NCBI GenBank assembly: GCA_963789855.1
Contig: CAWBMM010000018.1
Coordinates: forward strand, 736 to 64,735
Source of the DNA: an uncultured Actinomycetota bacterium
GTDB taxonomy: Bacteria > Actinomycetota > Actinomycetes > JACCUZ01
Direction: 5' to 3'
DNA: 64,000 nt
The translations under genes and the position numbers were made by a program. Every line of letters starts with the position of its first letter. Position 1 is the stretch's first letter. This document shows, in pieces, positions 1 to 9,851 of the stretch. The notes under the pieces were generated by a model. The model saw only the letters and a program-made list of their open reading frames with translations, was not told where the DNA came from and did no database searches.

Positions 1-330
1 TGCACCGTTGGCCTTGTAGTAGGTGATCGTCGCCCGCGCGGTTGCCCGGTCGGGAGCAGCGTTGACGGCTTGAGCACCGCTCGGCGGCCAGGCGCACGGC
101 AGGTTGACTCCCGCGGTCTGGATCTCTGCATAGCTGGCGTCGATGCCGGCCTCGGCGGCATTCAGCGCGACCGTGTGTTGGCGGTCCTGACCACTTCGCT
201 GGTTGGCCGAGATGGCGACCGCGACAACGAGCATGCCAAGGCTCATGGCCACCCCCATGACCATCATGGCGATGACCAGTGTCACACCTTCGTCCCCAGA
301 AGGCCGACGAGTGTAGAAAAGGCGGTGCAT
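1..330 (-). CDS. PilX-like pilus assembly protein, N-terminal part (runs off the left edge)
   Basis: Own translation from ATG at 330: MHRLFYTRRPSGDEG|VTLVIAMMVMGVAMSLGMLVVAVAI...ALNAAEAGIDA. It has a class III signal without E5 and the AAEAGI motif of PilX N-termini. GGAG RBS upstream. Confidence 0.8.
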   Translation of the reverse strand, partial: MHRLFYTRRPSGDEGVTLVIAMMVMGVAMSLGMLVVAVAISANQRSGQDRQHTVALNAAEAGIDASYAEIQTAGVNLPCAWPPSGAQAVNAAPDRATARATITYYKANGA

Positions 331-340
331 AGCGGTCTCC

Positions 341-950
341 TCAGGGGGTGGGCATCGGGTTGCAGATGCCTGGGTCGTAGCCGTATGCCGTGTTGCGTCC
401 GGACAGCGAGCTCGTGACGGCGATGGGGGCGCCCTTCGCGTCGGGCGACTTGATCAGCAGGTTCACGTCGATCAGCCTCGACCCGTAGGCCGTGCTGCCG
501 CCTTGCAGCGCAAACGGCGGGGTAACGCTCGTGTTCACGACGTTGCGCGAGACGGTCGACCACGCCGAGACCTGGCCGTCTGTCTGCCAGGTAGGTGACC
601 ACGAGCGACTGCGCAGAACCGCGCCACTTACCTGCCACTGCACGCAGCGCTGCAGCCCGTTCGCCTGGGTGTAGACCCGCATCGACAGCGGCAGCGGCTC
701 GGTCGTGGGGTTGTACAGCACGTTCCCGGAGCGGACCTGCTGGTCGATCTGCTGAAGGGCAATGCGTGCGTCGCCCACCGCATCGGCCCGAGCGGTCGTG
801 TCACGTGCCTGCCGCTGGACGGTGATGAGCACGGCGTACGTCGCGGAGAGCACGATCGAGAAGATCGTCATGGTGATGAGCAGCTCGACCAGGGTGACGC
901 CGGAGTCCGAGCCGCGCCCGCGGCGGAGGTGCTGGAGATACTTCAGGCAC
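341..950 (-). CDS. PilW/PulJ-like minor pilin
   Basis: C-terminal part of ORF 341..1477: ...DSG|VTLVELLITMTIFSIVLSATYAVL...ARIALQQIDQQVRSG. Start is approximate (GTG near 950, probably one indel). Confidence 0.8.
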
Positions 951-2745
951 TGGGGGCCGCCTTGTAGGTCGACTGAGCGATGGTGCTGCCAAGGTCGGTG
1001 GTGACGACGAAGCTGCCGATGCTGACTCCGTTGTCGGCTACGTCGTACTGGATCAACGCCCGAACCCCGCCGACAGTGGCGACAGCGGTGCATGCGGCGG
1101 TAGTGACGTTCCAGACCCGGGACCGCCGTCACAGGATCGACGGTGACCGTTCCGGTCATGGACAGCGTGAGATCCGGATGGCCGGAGATCTTGTACACGC
1201 CTGTGGCCGTCCCGAGCGTGTACGTGGCGCCGCCACCGGTGGCAGGCAAGGTCACCGCGGTGTACCCGGAGCCGTTCCAGTAGCGAAGAGGGTTGGTGCC
1301 ACGGGAGGCGCCGGGCGCTCCGGGGTGATGCCGGCCTCCGCGGACGCCTGCGCGCTGAAACCGTCCAGCTGCACCATGGAGGTGAAGCCGGCCGGCACGA
1401 TGTCGCCTCCGCTTGCGGACGCCAGACCGCCTGCAGTGACCGCACCGAGCGTTCGGCGCGCCCCTGCAGCCACGCAACCGATCCGCTCGTGCCCGTGCAA
1501 TGACCGGACACCGGAGGCCGCTCTGGCGCCGAAAGACCGCCAGGTGTTGGCGACCGAAGGCGTTGCGATGCTTGCCAGGGTGACGTCCCCAGGTTCCTGT
1601 CCGCTCAGGTTCAGTGCCATCGTTGCGCTGTAGACGCCGTCAGGGGTCACGCTGCCGCTCGAGCAGGCCTGGTTCGTCACCAGCCCGGTGCCCGAGTCAT
1701 CGGCACACGCCGGCGACGCTGTGGCGACGGTGGTCGAAAACGCCGACCCCGTGCCGGTCGACGGGATGGACACGCTGAAGCTCCCGTTGGCACCGGATTG
1801 CGAAGCTGCTCGAGGAGCCCGAGAAGTTCACGCCGGTGACTGACGTCGGCGAGTTCGGCAGTCCGCTCGAAGGATCAGTGTCCGCTGCGGAGGTGCCCGA
1901 CTGGCCACCGATCGAACTGGTGCCCGACGAGGTCTTCACCGAGCCGCTCGACGTCGTCGTGATGTCCTCGTCGAGACGATCTGCTCGTTCTGGGTCCGGG
2001 CAGACAGCGAGGGCATCGTGGCCTGGAGGCCGAGGACGTCGATGCCGGACACCAGCGGCTGACCCTTGGTCACAGGAGACACCGAGATGCCCGCTGGTGC
2101 GATGCCGCCGTCGGAGTAGAAGAAGGCCTGGCACGGTCCCGCGAACGGGCGGGTCGCCGTTGATGTGGAGCTGCAGCCGGCCGGCGAGAACAGTCGGGAC
2201 CTCACCGCGGTCGCCTTGCTGACACCCTTGGTGTTCGCGCTCGCCCAGTTGACGACGACGGTCAGGAAGTAGCCCTGGTCGCTGGTCGTGCTGACCTTGC
2301 TGACGTACGTGCGCACGCGGTACTGGGTGTTGCCGATGTGCGTTGCGGCGCCGTTCTGCACATGCGGCCACAACGGCCCGGTGCTCGCGCCGCTACAAGC
2401 GTTCGAGTTGGTCACGAGGGTCTCGGACACACTCGGGTCGTACGTCGGTCGGAACAGGGTGCCGGAAATGTTCGGGTCACCGGCGACATCACAGGATCGC
2501 AACCCCGAGGTGACCGCGTCGTAGGGCAGAGCGCGAAGCTGTTCCATGGTTCGGTTCGCCATAGCGGTGGCCTGCTGCCGCTCCTTGGCGAGAGCGACGC
2601 TGCCGAGCGAGCTCACTTGGAGGGTGACCAGGCCGAGCAGGCAGAACGCGATCACGAACATCGTGATGACGACCTCGATCAAAGTGAAGCCGTCGTCGGT
2701 CCGGCGGAGCAGCCTGTTCCGGATGCGTGCAGTGAGAGACTTCAT
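943..2745 (-). CDS. Large PilV-like minor pilin with long Ser/Thr/Gly-rich C-terminal region (~600 aa, several frameshifts)
   Basis: MKSLTARIRNRLLRRTDDG|FTLIEVVITMFVIAF... The reading continues through ORF pieces 1697..2371, 1252..1773 and 341..1477 to ...QSTYKAAPSA* (stop 943-945). Confidence 0.7.
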
Positions 2746-3201
2746 GGGCAGACTCCGCGTCCCGAGACCGCTCGACGCGGTGAACTTGTAGGTCTTCGTC
2801 GACCCCTTGGGGTCCGTCAGCGAGACGCACCAGTTGAGGGGGTCACTGAGGTTCGAGGACGCTCCGATCGTGGGGGCCGCGGTTCCGTTGGTCAGGTTGA
2901 CCAGCTCGGCGTAGGACCCGTCTGTCACGACGACAGCGCCTGGCTGGCTCGCGAAGTCGAGAAGCAAGGTCCCTTGTCCGTCCACGAAGTAGGTGGCCAC
3001 CTCTTTGCCGAGGTGGTTCACGTCGGCCTTGGTCGACGCGTCGTGAGCCTTCGCCCGCTGGCTGAGGAAGACCGGGATCGCGATGGCCGCAAGAATGCCG
3101 ATGATGATCATCACAACGAGGAGCTCGATCAGCGTGAAGCCTGCGTCCGTCGGGGCGCCTGAGACGTCCTGGGAAGAGGCTGCAGAGCTGCGTGACGGCA
3201 C
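2742..3201 (-). CDS. PilA-like type IV pilin (third, divergent copy)
   Basis: GTG at 3201 after an AAAGGAG RBS; DAG|FTLIELLVVMIIIGILAAIAIPVFL...NWCVSLTD. Removing one base gives ...GLGTGVCP* with an ATGA overlap onto the next gene, so the fusion in the ORF track is probably an indel. Confidence 0.85.
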
Positions 3202-3257
3202 GCCCCTTCTCCTTTCGTGAGTGAGCCGCGGCCAGAACTGGCCGCTGCTGTGGAGGG

Positions 3258-3284
3258 ATCGACCGCTTGACCTAGCTTCTTGAG
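3258..3284 (-). promoter_or_regulatory. sigma28 (FliA/WhiG)-type promoter for pilin 3 and the minor pilins
   Basis: CTCAAG-N15-GTCGAT on the minus strand, same spacing as four other sites. Confidence 0.55.
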
Positions 3285-3338
3285 CGCACCGGGCAGGGCC
3301 GATCGGGCTACAGACTCCGACCGTCGGACCCCGGACGC

Positions 3339-3373
3339 AGCAGGGGCGGCCCCCGGAAGGGACCGCCCCTGCT
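3339..3373 (-). terminator. GC-rich hairpin (terminator or RNA-stabilising stem) after pilin 2
   Basis: AGCAGGGGCGG / CCGCCCCTGCT 11-bp inverted repeat, 15 nt after the stop codon. Confidence 0.65.
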
Positions 3374-3388
3374 CGAAGGCCTACCGCA

Positions 3389-3837
3389 TCACGGGCAGCT
3401 GCCCGGCTGGAGTCCAGCCGCGGCGGAGTACTTGTAGGTCTGCTGCTTGCCACTGGCGTTGGTCAGACCCACGCACCAGTTGACGTCGGTCGGCGTAGCG
3501 GTGAGCCGGCACCGCCGCCTGCAGAGCCGTGCCGTTGCTGACCTTGATCGTGGCGAACGTTCGCCGTTGTCGGCCAGCACGACATCGGCGCCGACAGCGG
3601 CCTGCGTCGCCGTCAGAACCGGGGTGGCGGCGGGCTCGACCCAGTAGGTGGCGATCTCCTTGCCCACCGTGGAGACGTCGGCCTTCGTCGAGGTGTCCCG
3701 GGCCTTCGCGCGCTGCAGAGGAACACCGGGATCGCGATGGCCGCGAGGATACCGATGATGATCATGACGACGAGGAGCTCGATCAGGGTGAAGCCCTGGT
3801 CCTTCTCCTCCATCGACTTACGAATGCGAGCGAGCAT
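3389..3837 (-). CDS. pilA: Type IVa major pilin PilA-like, copy 2 (frameshifted)
   Basis: MLARIRKSMEEKDQG|FTLIELLVVMIIIGILAAIAIPVFL joined to VGKEIATYWVEP...NWCVGLTNASGKQQTYKYSAAAGLQPGSCP*, with a C-terminal Cys pair. Confidence 0.85.
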
Positions 3838-3921
3838 CTGCTGTCCCCTTCAGGACGGTGAAGGATTCACGACTGTCCGCGGCGTCGGTACCCTGGCCGC
3901 GACCTTGACTCGAGCAACGAG

Positions 3922-3998
3922 ATCGGCTGACCGCGCCGCCTGGCCTTGAGGCCCGCCTACGACTGAGTGCCGTACTGACCGGTGAAGCTCGATGACAC
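3922..3998 (-). promoter_or_regulatory. Degenerate copy of the c-di-GMP-I riboswitch leader, containing CTCAAG-N17-GCCGAT
   Basis: GTCATCGAGCTTCACCGGTCAGTACGGCACTCAGTCGTAGGCGGGCCTCAAGGCCAGG...CGCGGTCAGCC aligns with the pilin-1 leader GTCAACGAGCTGCACCGGCCAGAAACGGCACACCCGTCGCGAGGCGGGGTCGCAAAGCCAGG...CGCGGTCAGCC. Confidence 0.6.
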
Positions 3999-4073
3999 TG
4001 ACAGCAGGTGCCCGACGCACAGCCTGCGCGGCTGGCTCGGGCCCGTCCGCTCCGCCCGATCAGTCTAGATGCA

Positions 4074-4530
4074 TCAGCGGGCAGCTGCCGGCTGCGAGGC
4101 CGGCCGCGGCGGAGTACTTGTAGGCCCTGTCTGCTTGTCGCTGGCGTTGGTCAGACCCGCGCACCAGTGACGTCGGTCGTCGAGCCGGCTGAAGCGGCGC
4201 CGTGCCGCCTGCAGAGCCGGTGCCGTTGCTCGAGCCTTGACCGTGGCGACGTCGACGCTGTCGTCGGCCAGCACGACATCGGCGCTCGACCGCGGCCTGC
4301 GTCGCGTCAGAACCGGGGTGGCGGCCTCGACCTAGTAGGTCGCGATCTCCTTGCCCACCGTGCGGACGTCGGACTTCGTCGACGGAGTCCCGAGCCTTCT
4401 TGCGCTGGTTCAGGAAGACCGGGATCGCGATGGCGGCGAGGATGCCGATGATGATGATGACGACGAGGAGCTCGATCAGGGTGAAGCCCTGGTCCTTCTC
4501 CTCCATCGACTTGCGGATGCGAGCGAGCAT
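4074..4530 (-). CDS. pilA: Type IVa major pilin PilA-like, copy 1 (indels and an in-frame TAG at 4332-4334 in this consensus)
   Basis: Same leader as copy 2 (MLARIRKSMEEKDQG|FTLIELLVV), AAAGGAGG RBS, ends YKYSAAAGLAAGSCP. Confidence 0.8.
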
Positions 4531-4603
4531 GCTGATGCTCCTCCTTTCGGACCGTTGCGGTGAGCCTCGCCGCCGGTCCCTCGCGAGCACCCTGTGCGGG
4601 TGC

Positions 4604-4693
4604 TCGGCCGAGGCAGCTGGGCTGACCGCGACTCTGTCCGCGGTTCCCTGGCTTTGCGACCCCGCCTCGCGACGGGTGTGCCGTTTCTGGCCG
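4604..4693 (-). ncRNA. c-di-GMP-I (GEMM-I) riboswitch-like aptamer
   Basis: AAAC-GGCACACCCGTC-GCGA-GGCGGG-GTCGCAAAGCC-AGGG-AACCGCGG..TCGCGGT-CAG-CCCAGCTGCC. It has P2 with a GNRA tetraloop, the CGCAAAGC junction, P3 and a 3' GCTGCC end; P1 pairs CGGCC/GGCCG. Confidence 0.8.
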
Positions 4694-4718
4694 GTGCAGC
4701 TCGTTGACATAGAGATGT

Positions 4719-4745
4719 TTCGGTCACCGGCGCGTGCGCCTTGAG
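4719..4745 (-). promoter_or_regulatory. sigma28-type promoter for the riboswitch-pilA1 transcript
   Basis: CTCAAG-N15-ACCGAA about 25 nt upstream of the aptamer. Confidence 0.65.
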
Positions 4746-4868
4746 CGTCTGACGCGTCGAGTGCAGTTCACCGGTCACCCGGACGGGCTAGGCCGAACGG
4801 CCGAGGCCGGGCCGCGACGGCGCGGACCCGGCCCTCGGCGCAGTGCACGTCGGCTGCGAGCGACGCGT

Positions 4869-6107
4869 CTACTTGATCAGGTCGAAGATCTTGAAGATCG
4901 GCATGTAGAGGGCGATGATCATCGACCCGACGATGGCGCCGAGGAAGGCGATCATCAGCGGCTCGATCAGCGCGGTCAGCGCCTCGGTGGTCGCCTCGAC
5001 CTCCTGGTCGTAGAACTCCGCGATCTTGTGGAGCATCGTGTCGAGCGCGCCGGTGTCCTCGCCGACGGCCATCATCTGCACGACCATCGGCGGGAAGACC
5101 GGGTGGTTGCGCCAGCGGGCCGGCGAGCGACTCGCCGCTGCGGACGCTCTCCTGGACGTCGCGGACGCGCGTCGCCGACGACGACGTTGCCGGTGGTGTC
5201 GGCGACGATGTCGAGGCTCTGCAGGATCGGCACGCCGGACGTGCATCATCGTGCCGAGGTTGCGGGTGAACCGGGCCAGCGCGATCTTCTGGAACAGCGT
5301 GCCGAAGACCGGCATCTTCAGCTTCAGCGGGTCGACGACGTCGCGCACGCGCTCGCTTGTGCTTGACCTTGCTGCCAGACGACGACGACGGCGATCAGCC
5401 GACGACGATGAGGATCGGAGCGCACGATCTTGAGCGACGTCGACATGCATGACCAGGATCTGGGTCGGCGCCGGCAGCTGCGCCGCCGAGGTCGTCGAAC
5501 ATCTTCGCGAACACCGGAACGATGAAGAGCAGCATGCCGATGACGGCCAGGATCGCCATGACGAACACGACGACCGGGTAGGTCATCGCGGCCTTGATCT
5601 TGCCGCGCAGCTTGACCTCGGCCTCGTAGTTCTCGGCGATCTGCAGCAGCACGGCGTCGAGGAAGCCGCCGACCTCGCCGGCCCGCATCATGTTGACCAT
5701 CAGCGGCGGGAAGACCTTCGGGTGCTTGCGCCAGCGCCGCCGACAGCGCGCTGCCGGTCTCGACGTCGTTGCCGGACCTCGCCGAGCGACCCGCGCGAGC
5801 TCCTTGTTCTCGGTCTGCTCGGCCAGGATGTTCAGCGCGCGCAGCAGCGACAGGCCCGAGTTGATCATCGTCGCGAACTGCCGCGACATGACCGCGAGGT
5901 CCTTGAGCTTGACCTTGCTCGCCGAAGCCCGGGATCTTGAGTCTCGGTCTTCATGCCGGCCTTGTGCTGGCTGATGCTGATCGGCGCGTAGCCCATCTGC
6001 TTCAGCTTGCCGGCCACGGCGGCCTGGGACTCGGCCTCGAGCGTGCCGGCGACGATCTTCCCGGTCCGGTCCCGGACCGAGTACTGGAAGGTCAGCGTTG
6101 CTGCCAT
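4869..6107 (-). CDS. pilC: Type IV pilus platform protein PilC (T2SSF family, frameshifted)
   Basis: [27 protein letters not shown]..., [59 protein letters not shown]...MPIF. Confidence 0.92.
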
Positions 6108-6118
6108 CGTGATGCCTC

Positions 6119-7799
6119 TCAGCCTCGGCCGGTGAGCCGGTTGAAGTCTTCGACGTGGTGGCACTTCTCGAGGCCGGTCTCGTAGGTGATCCGGCCCTTC
6201 GTTCACGAGGTCGGCGAGGTGCTGGTCCATGGTGTGCATGCCGTGCTTGGCGCCGGCCTGCATCGCCGAGTAGATCTGGTGGGTCTTGCCCTCGCGGATC
6301 AGGTTGCGGATCGCCGGCGTGGCGACCAGGACCTCGGTCGCGACCGCCCGGCCCGTGCCGTCGCGCGGTCGTGCACAGGGTCTGGCAGACGACGCCCTGC
6401 AGCGAGCCGGCGAGCTGCGACGCGGACCTGCTGCTGCTGGTGCGGCGGGAAGACGTCGATGATGCGGTCGATCGTCTGCGCCGCGTCCTGGGTGTGCAGG
6501 GTCGCGAAGACGAGGTGGCCGGTCTCGGCCGCGGTCAGCGCGACCGAGATCGTCTCGAGGTCGCGCATCTCGCCGACCAGGATGATGTCGGGGTCCTGGC
6601 GCAGCACGTGCTTGAGCGCGTTGCGCGAACGACTGGGTGTCCTCCCCCACCTCGCGCTGGTTGACGAGGCACGTCTGGTGCCGGTGCAGGAACTCGATCG
6701 GGTCCTCGACGGTCATGATGTGGTCGCTGCGGGTGCGGTTCGCCAGGTCGACGAGCGAGGCGAGCGTCGTCGACTTGCCGGAGCCGGTCGGGCCGGTGAC
6801 GAGGACGAAGCCGCGCGGCAGCGAGCGCGAAGTTGGCCACCGACGGCGGCACGCCGAGGTCCTCGAGCTTCTTGATCTCGAACGGGATGATGCGGAAGGC
6901 GGCACCGAGCGCGTCGCGCTGCCGGTACACGTTGACGCGGAACCGGGCCCGGCCGGGCACGCGTGTAGGCGAAGTCGAGCTCGAGCTCCTCCTCGAACTT
7001 CTCCCGCTGCTTCTGGGTGAGGGCGGCGTAGATCACCCGCTGGATCACCGGCGGGGTGAGGATCGGCTCGTCCTCCATCTGGCGTCAGCTCGCCGTTGAG
7101 CCGGATCGCCGGCCGGGCGCCGGACGTGAGGTGCAGGTCGGACGCGCCGCTGCTCGAGGACGTGCATCGAGCAGGTCGTTGAGGTTGATGTCGTGCTCGT
7201 CGACCTCGGCCTCGGTCGTGCCACGCGTGTACGCCGACTCCTCGCGCCTCCGACTCGGCGACGCCCACACTCGGGATGCCGTCGACCGGCACGACGTCCG
7301 GGGCGAACGCGGAGGGCGCCGGCGGCAGCGGGCTCGATGACGGCGTGACCAGCTCGGGCGCGTACACGGTCGGCGCCACGTCCTCGGTGAACGGCGCCAG
7401 CCCGGCGATCAGCCTGGCGACGGCACCTCGGTCGGCGCGAGCGTCCAGAGCGGTCGAGCTCGTAGCGGCGCGGCGCCGCGGCTCGTACGCGGGCACCGCG
7501 TCGAGCGTCGGAACCGGCTCGTACGCGGGAGCCGGCTCGTACGCCACCGGCGCCTCGAGCGGCGGCGCGTCGTACGCCGGCGCGACCGTCTCGTAGGACG
7601 GCTCGAGCGGGTAGCCGCCCAGCGCGTCGGGAACGGGCGGCGCCACCTGGTCGAGCGGCGTCGATGACGGCTGCTCAGCGACGAACGAGTAGGTCCACCC
7701 GCTGGCGGGCGTCTCGTTCTCGGTGTCGGCCGTCGGCACGGGCACGGCAGCAAAGCCTCCCGGCTCGCTCGGCACCGGCTGGTATCCGGACGTCTCCAC
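6119..7799 (-). CDS. pilT: Retraction ATPase PilT with a long acidic/Pro-rich N-terminal extension (frameshifted)
   Basis: [50 protein letters not shown] and the AIRNLIRE motif. GTG start at 7799 after GAGAGGGG. Confidence 0.92.
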
Positions 7800-7861
7800 C
7801 TGTAGCCCCTCTCGACAACGTCGGCGCACCGCAGACCGCGGGACACCTGTCTCGCGAGAGG

Positions 7862-7888
7862 ATCGGCGGATCGGGGCCTTCGCTTGAG
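7862..7888 (-). promoter_or_regulatory. sigma28-type promoter upstream of pilT
   Basis: CTCAAG-N15-GCCGAT in the pilB-pilT gap. Confidence 0.7.
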
Positions 7889-7913
7889 CGCGACCGGCGA
7901 CCTTGCCAGGTCT

Positions 7914-9586
7914 TTAGACGACGACCCGGAGGATCTCGTCGATCGCGGTGATGCCGGCGAGCACCTTGTCCAGGCCGTCGTCGCGCAGGGTCTTCATGCC
8001 CTGCTCGCGGGCGACGTTCTCGATGACCGTGGCGGACGCCTGCTCGACGGCCAGCCGCTCGATCTCCTCGCGACACGACCATGACCTCGTGCAGCGCCAG
8101 CCGGCCCTTGTAGCCGGTCTTGGAGCACGCCGAGCAGCCGACCGGCCGGTACAGCGTCGGCAGCGGCTTGCCGTCGTCCCACGGGAAGCGCGCCGCGATC
8201 GAGCGCCTCCGCGCGTCGGCGTGTAGGCCTCCTTGCACTTCGTGCACAGCCGTCGGGCCAGCCGCTGGGCGAGCACGCAGTCGAGCGCGGAACCGACGAG
8301 GAACGGCTCGATGCCCATCTCGGTGAGCCGGGTGACGGCGCGACGGCGCGTCGTTGGTGTGCAGCGTCGAGAGCACGAGGTGGCCGGTGAGGGCGGCCTC
8401 GACGGCGATCTGAGCCGGTCTCGTGGTCGCGGATCTCACCGATCAGCACGATGTCGGGGTCGGACCGCAGGATCGACCGCAGCGCCGAGGCGAACGTCAG
8501 CCCCGCCTTGTTGTTCGTCTGCACCTGGTTGATGCCGGCGAGCCGGTACTCCACCGGGTCCTCGACCGTGATGACGTTGACCTCGGGCCGGCTGACGATG
8601 TTCAGCGTCGCGTACAGCGTCGTCGACTTGCCGGAGCCGGTCGGGCCGGTGACCAGGATCATCCCGTACGGCTTGGTGAAGCTGCGCGAGTAGCGCTCGT
8701 AGTTGGCCTCGGAGAAGCCGAGGTCGGCGAGGTCGAGGCGCGCCGTGGAGTTGTCCAGGATGCGCATGACGACCTTCTCGCCCCACACCGTCGGCAGGGT
8801 GGCGACGCGCAGGTCGATCTTGCGTGCCGTGGGCGTTCACCGAGAGCCGGCCGTCCTGCGGGATGCGCCGCTCGGCGATGTTGATGTCGGCCATGATCTT
8901 CAGCCGGCTGATCACGCCGGACTGGATCGCCTTCGGCGAGTGCATGACCTCGTGCAGCACGCCGTCGATGCGGAACCGGACCCGCAGGTCGTGCTCGGTC
9001 GGCTCGAGGTGGATGTCGGACGCGCGGTCCTGGATCGCCTGGGTGATGAGCAGGTTGACGTACTTGACGATCGGCGCGTCCTCGACGACCTCCTTGACCT
9101 TGGAGAGGTCGTCGTCCTCGTCGTCGGTGTCCATGACGCTGGTCAGGTCGTCGAGGTCGGAGTCCGCCCGGTAGTACCGGTCGATCGCACCGATCACGTC
9201 GGCGCGGGTGGCGACGACCGGCTTGACGTCCATGCCGGTCAGCGACCGGATGTCGTCGATCGCGAAGACGTTCGCGGGGTCGGCCATCGCGACGAGCAGC
9301 TTGCCGTCCTCGAAGCCGATCGGCATCGCGGAGTGCCGGCGGCAGACCGCGCCCGGCACCCGGCCGATCGCGGAGCCGTCGACGCTGAAGTCGGACGAGG
9401 TCGACGAAGCGCAGCCCGATCTGGGTGGCCAGCGCGGCGACGAGCTGCGACTCGGTGAGCACGCCCTGGTCGACGAGCACCCGGCCGAGGGCCCGGCCCA
9501 CCCGCTGCTGCTCCACGAACGCGGCCTCGAGCTGGTGCTGGGCTGACGAGCCCGCCCTCGAGCAGGATGTCGCCCAGCTGCTTCAC
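7914..9586 (-). CDS. pilB: Extension ATPase PilB (GspE/PulE family) with an N-terminal MshEN-like domain (frameshifted)
   Basis: [50 protein letters not shown], and tetracysteine CTKC...CSAC. Confidence 0.93.
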
Positions 9587-9675
9587 GCGCCGTCCCTTCC
9601 GAGCTCGTCTGCGGAGTACGAGATGCCCCTCCTGACCATCGGGTCAGGCGGGCTGTTCCTGAAGCCGTCGACCGC

Positions 9676-9843
9676 TCACCAGTGCGCGAGCAGCGCCGCG
9701 ACCTGGCCCATCGACCGGGCCAGCGCGGAGTCGGGCGGGACGGCGACCTCGGCACCTCCCGCGAACACCAGGGTGACCCGCACCGGCGGGTCCGGCTTCC
9801 GATGTCGCCCGATGCGCGCGACGAGGTCACGCAGTCCTCGCAC
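9676..9843 (-). CDS. Small hypothetical protein (~55 aa)
   Basis: GGGGGAG RBS right after the GTPase stop; MRGLRDLVARIGRHRKPDPPVRVTLVFAGGAEVAVPPDSALARSMGQVAALLAHW*; GC-rich third positions. Confidence 0.55.
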   Translation of the reverse strand: MRGLRDLVARIGRHRKPDPPVRVTLVFAGGAEVAVPPDSALARSMGQVAALLAHW

Positions 9844-9851
9844 CACTCCCC

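Noticed and set aside
1936-3453. Apparent double-pilin fusion ORF (505 aa)
   Set aside because: Removing one base gives ...GVCP* with an ATGA overlap, matching the GSCP* ends of the other pilins.
4332-4334. Amber codon as pyrrolysine or stop-codon recoding
   Set aside because: Other genes in the window end in TAG normally and no pyl genes are visible; error or nonsense mutation is simpler.
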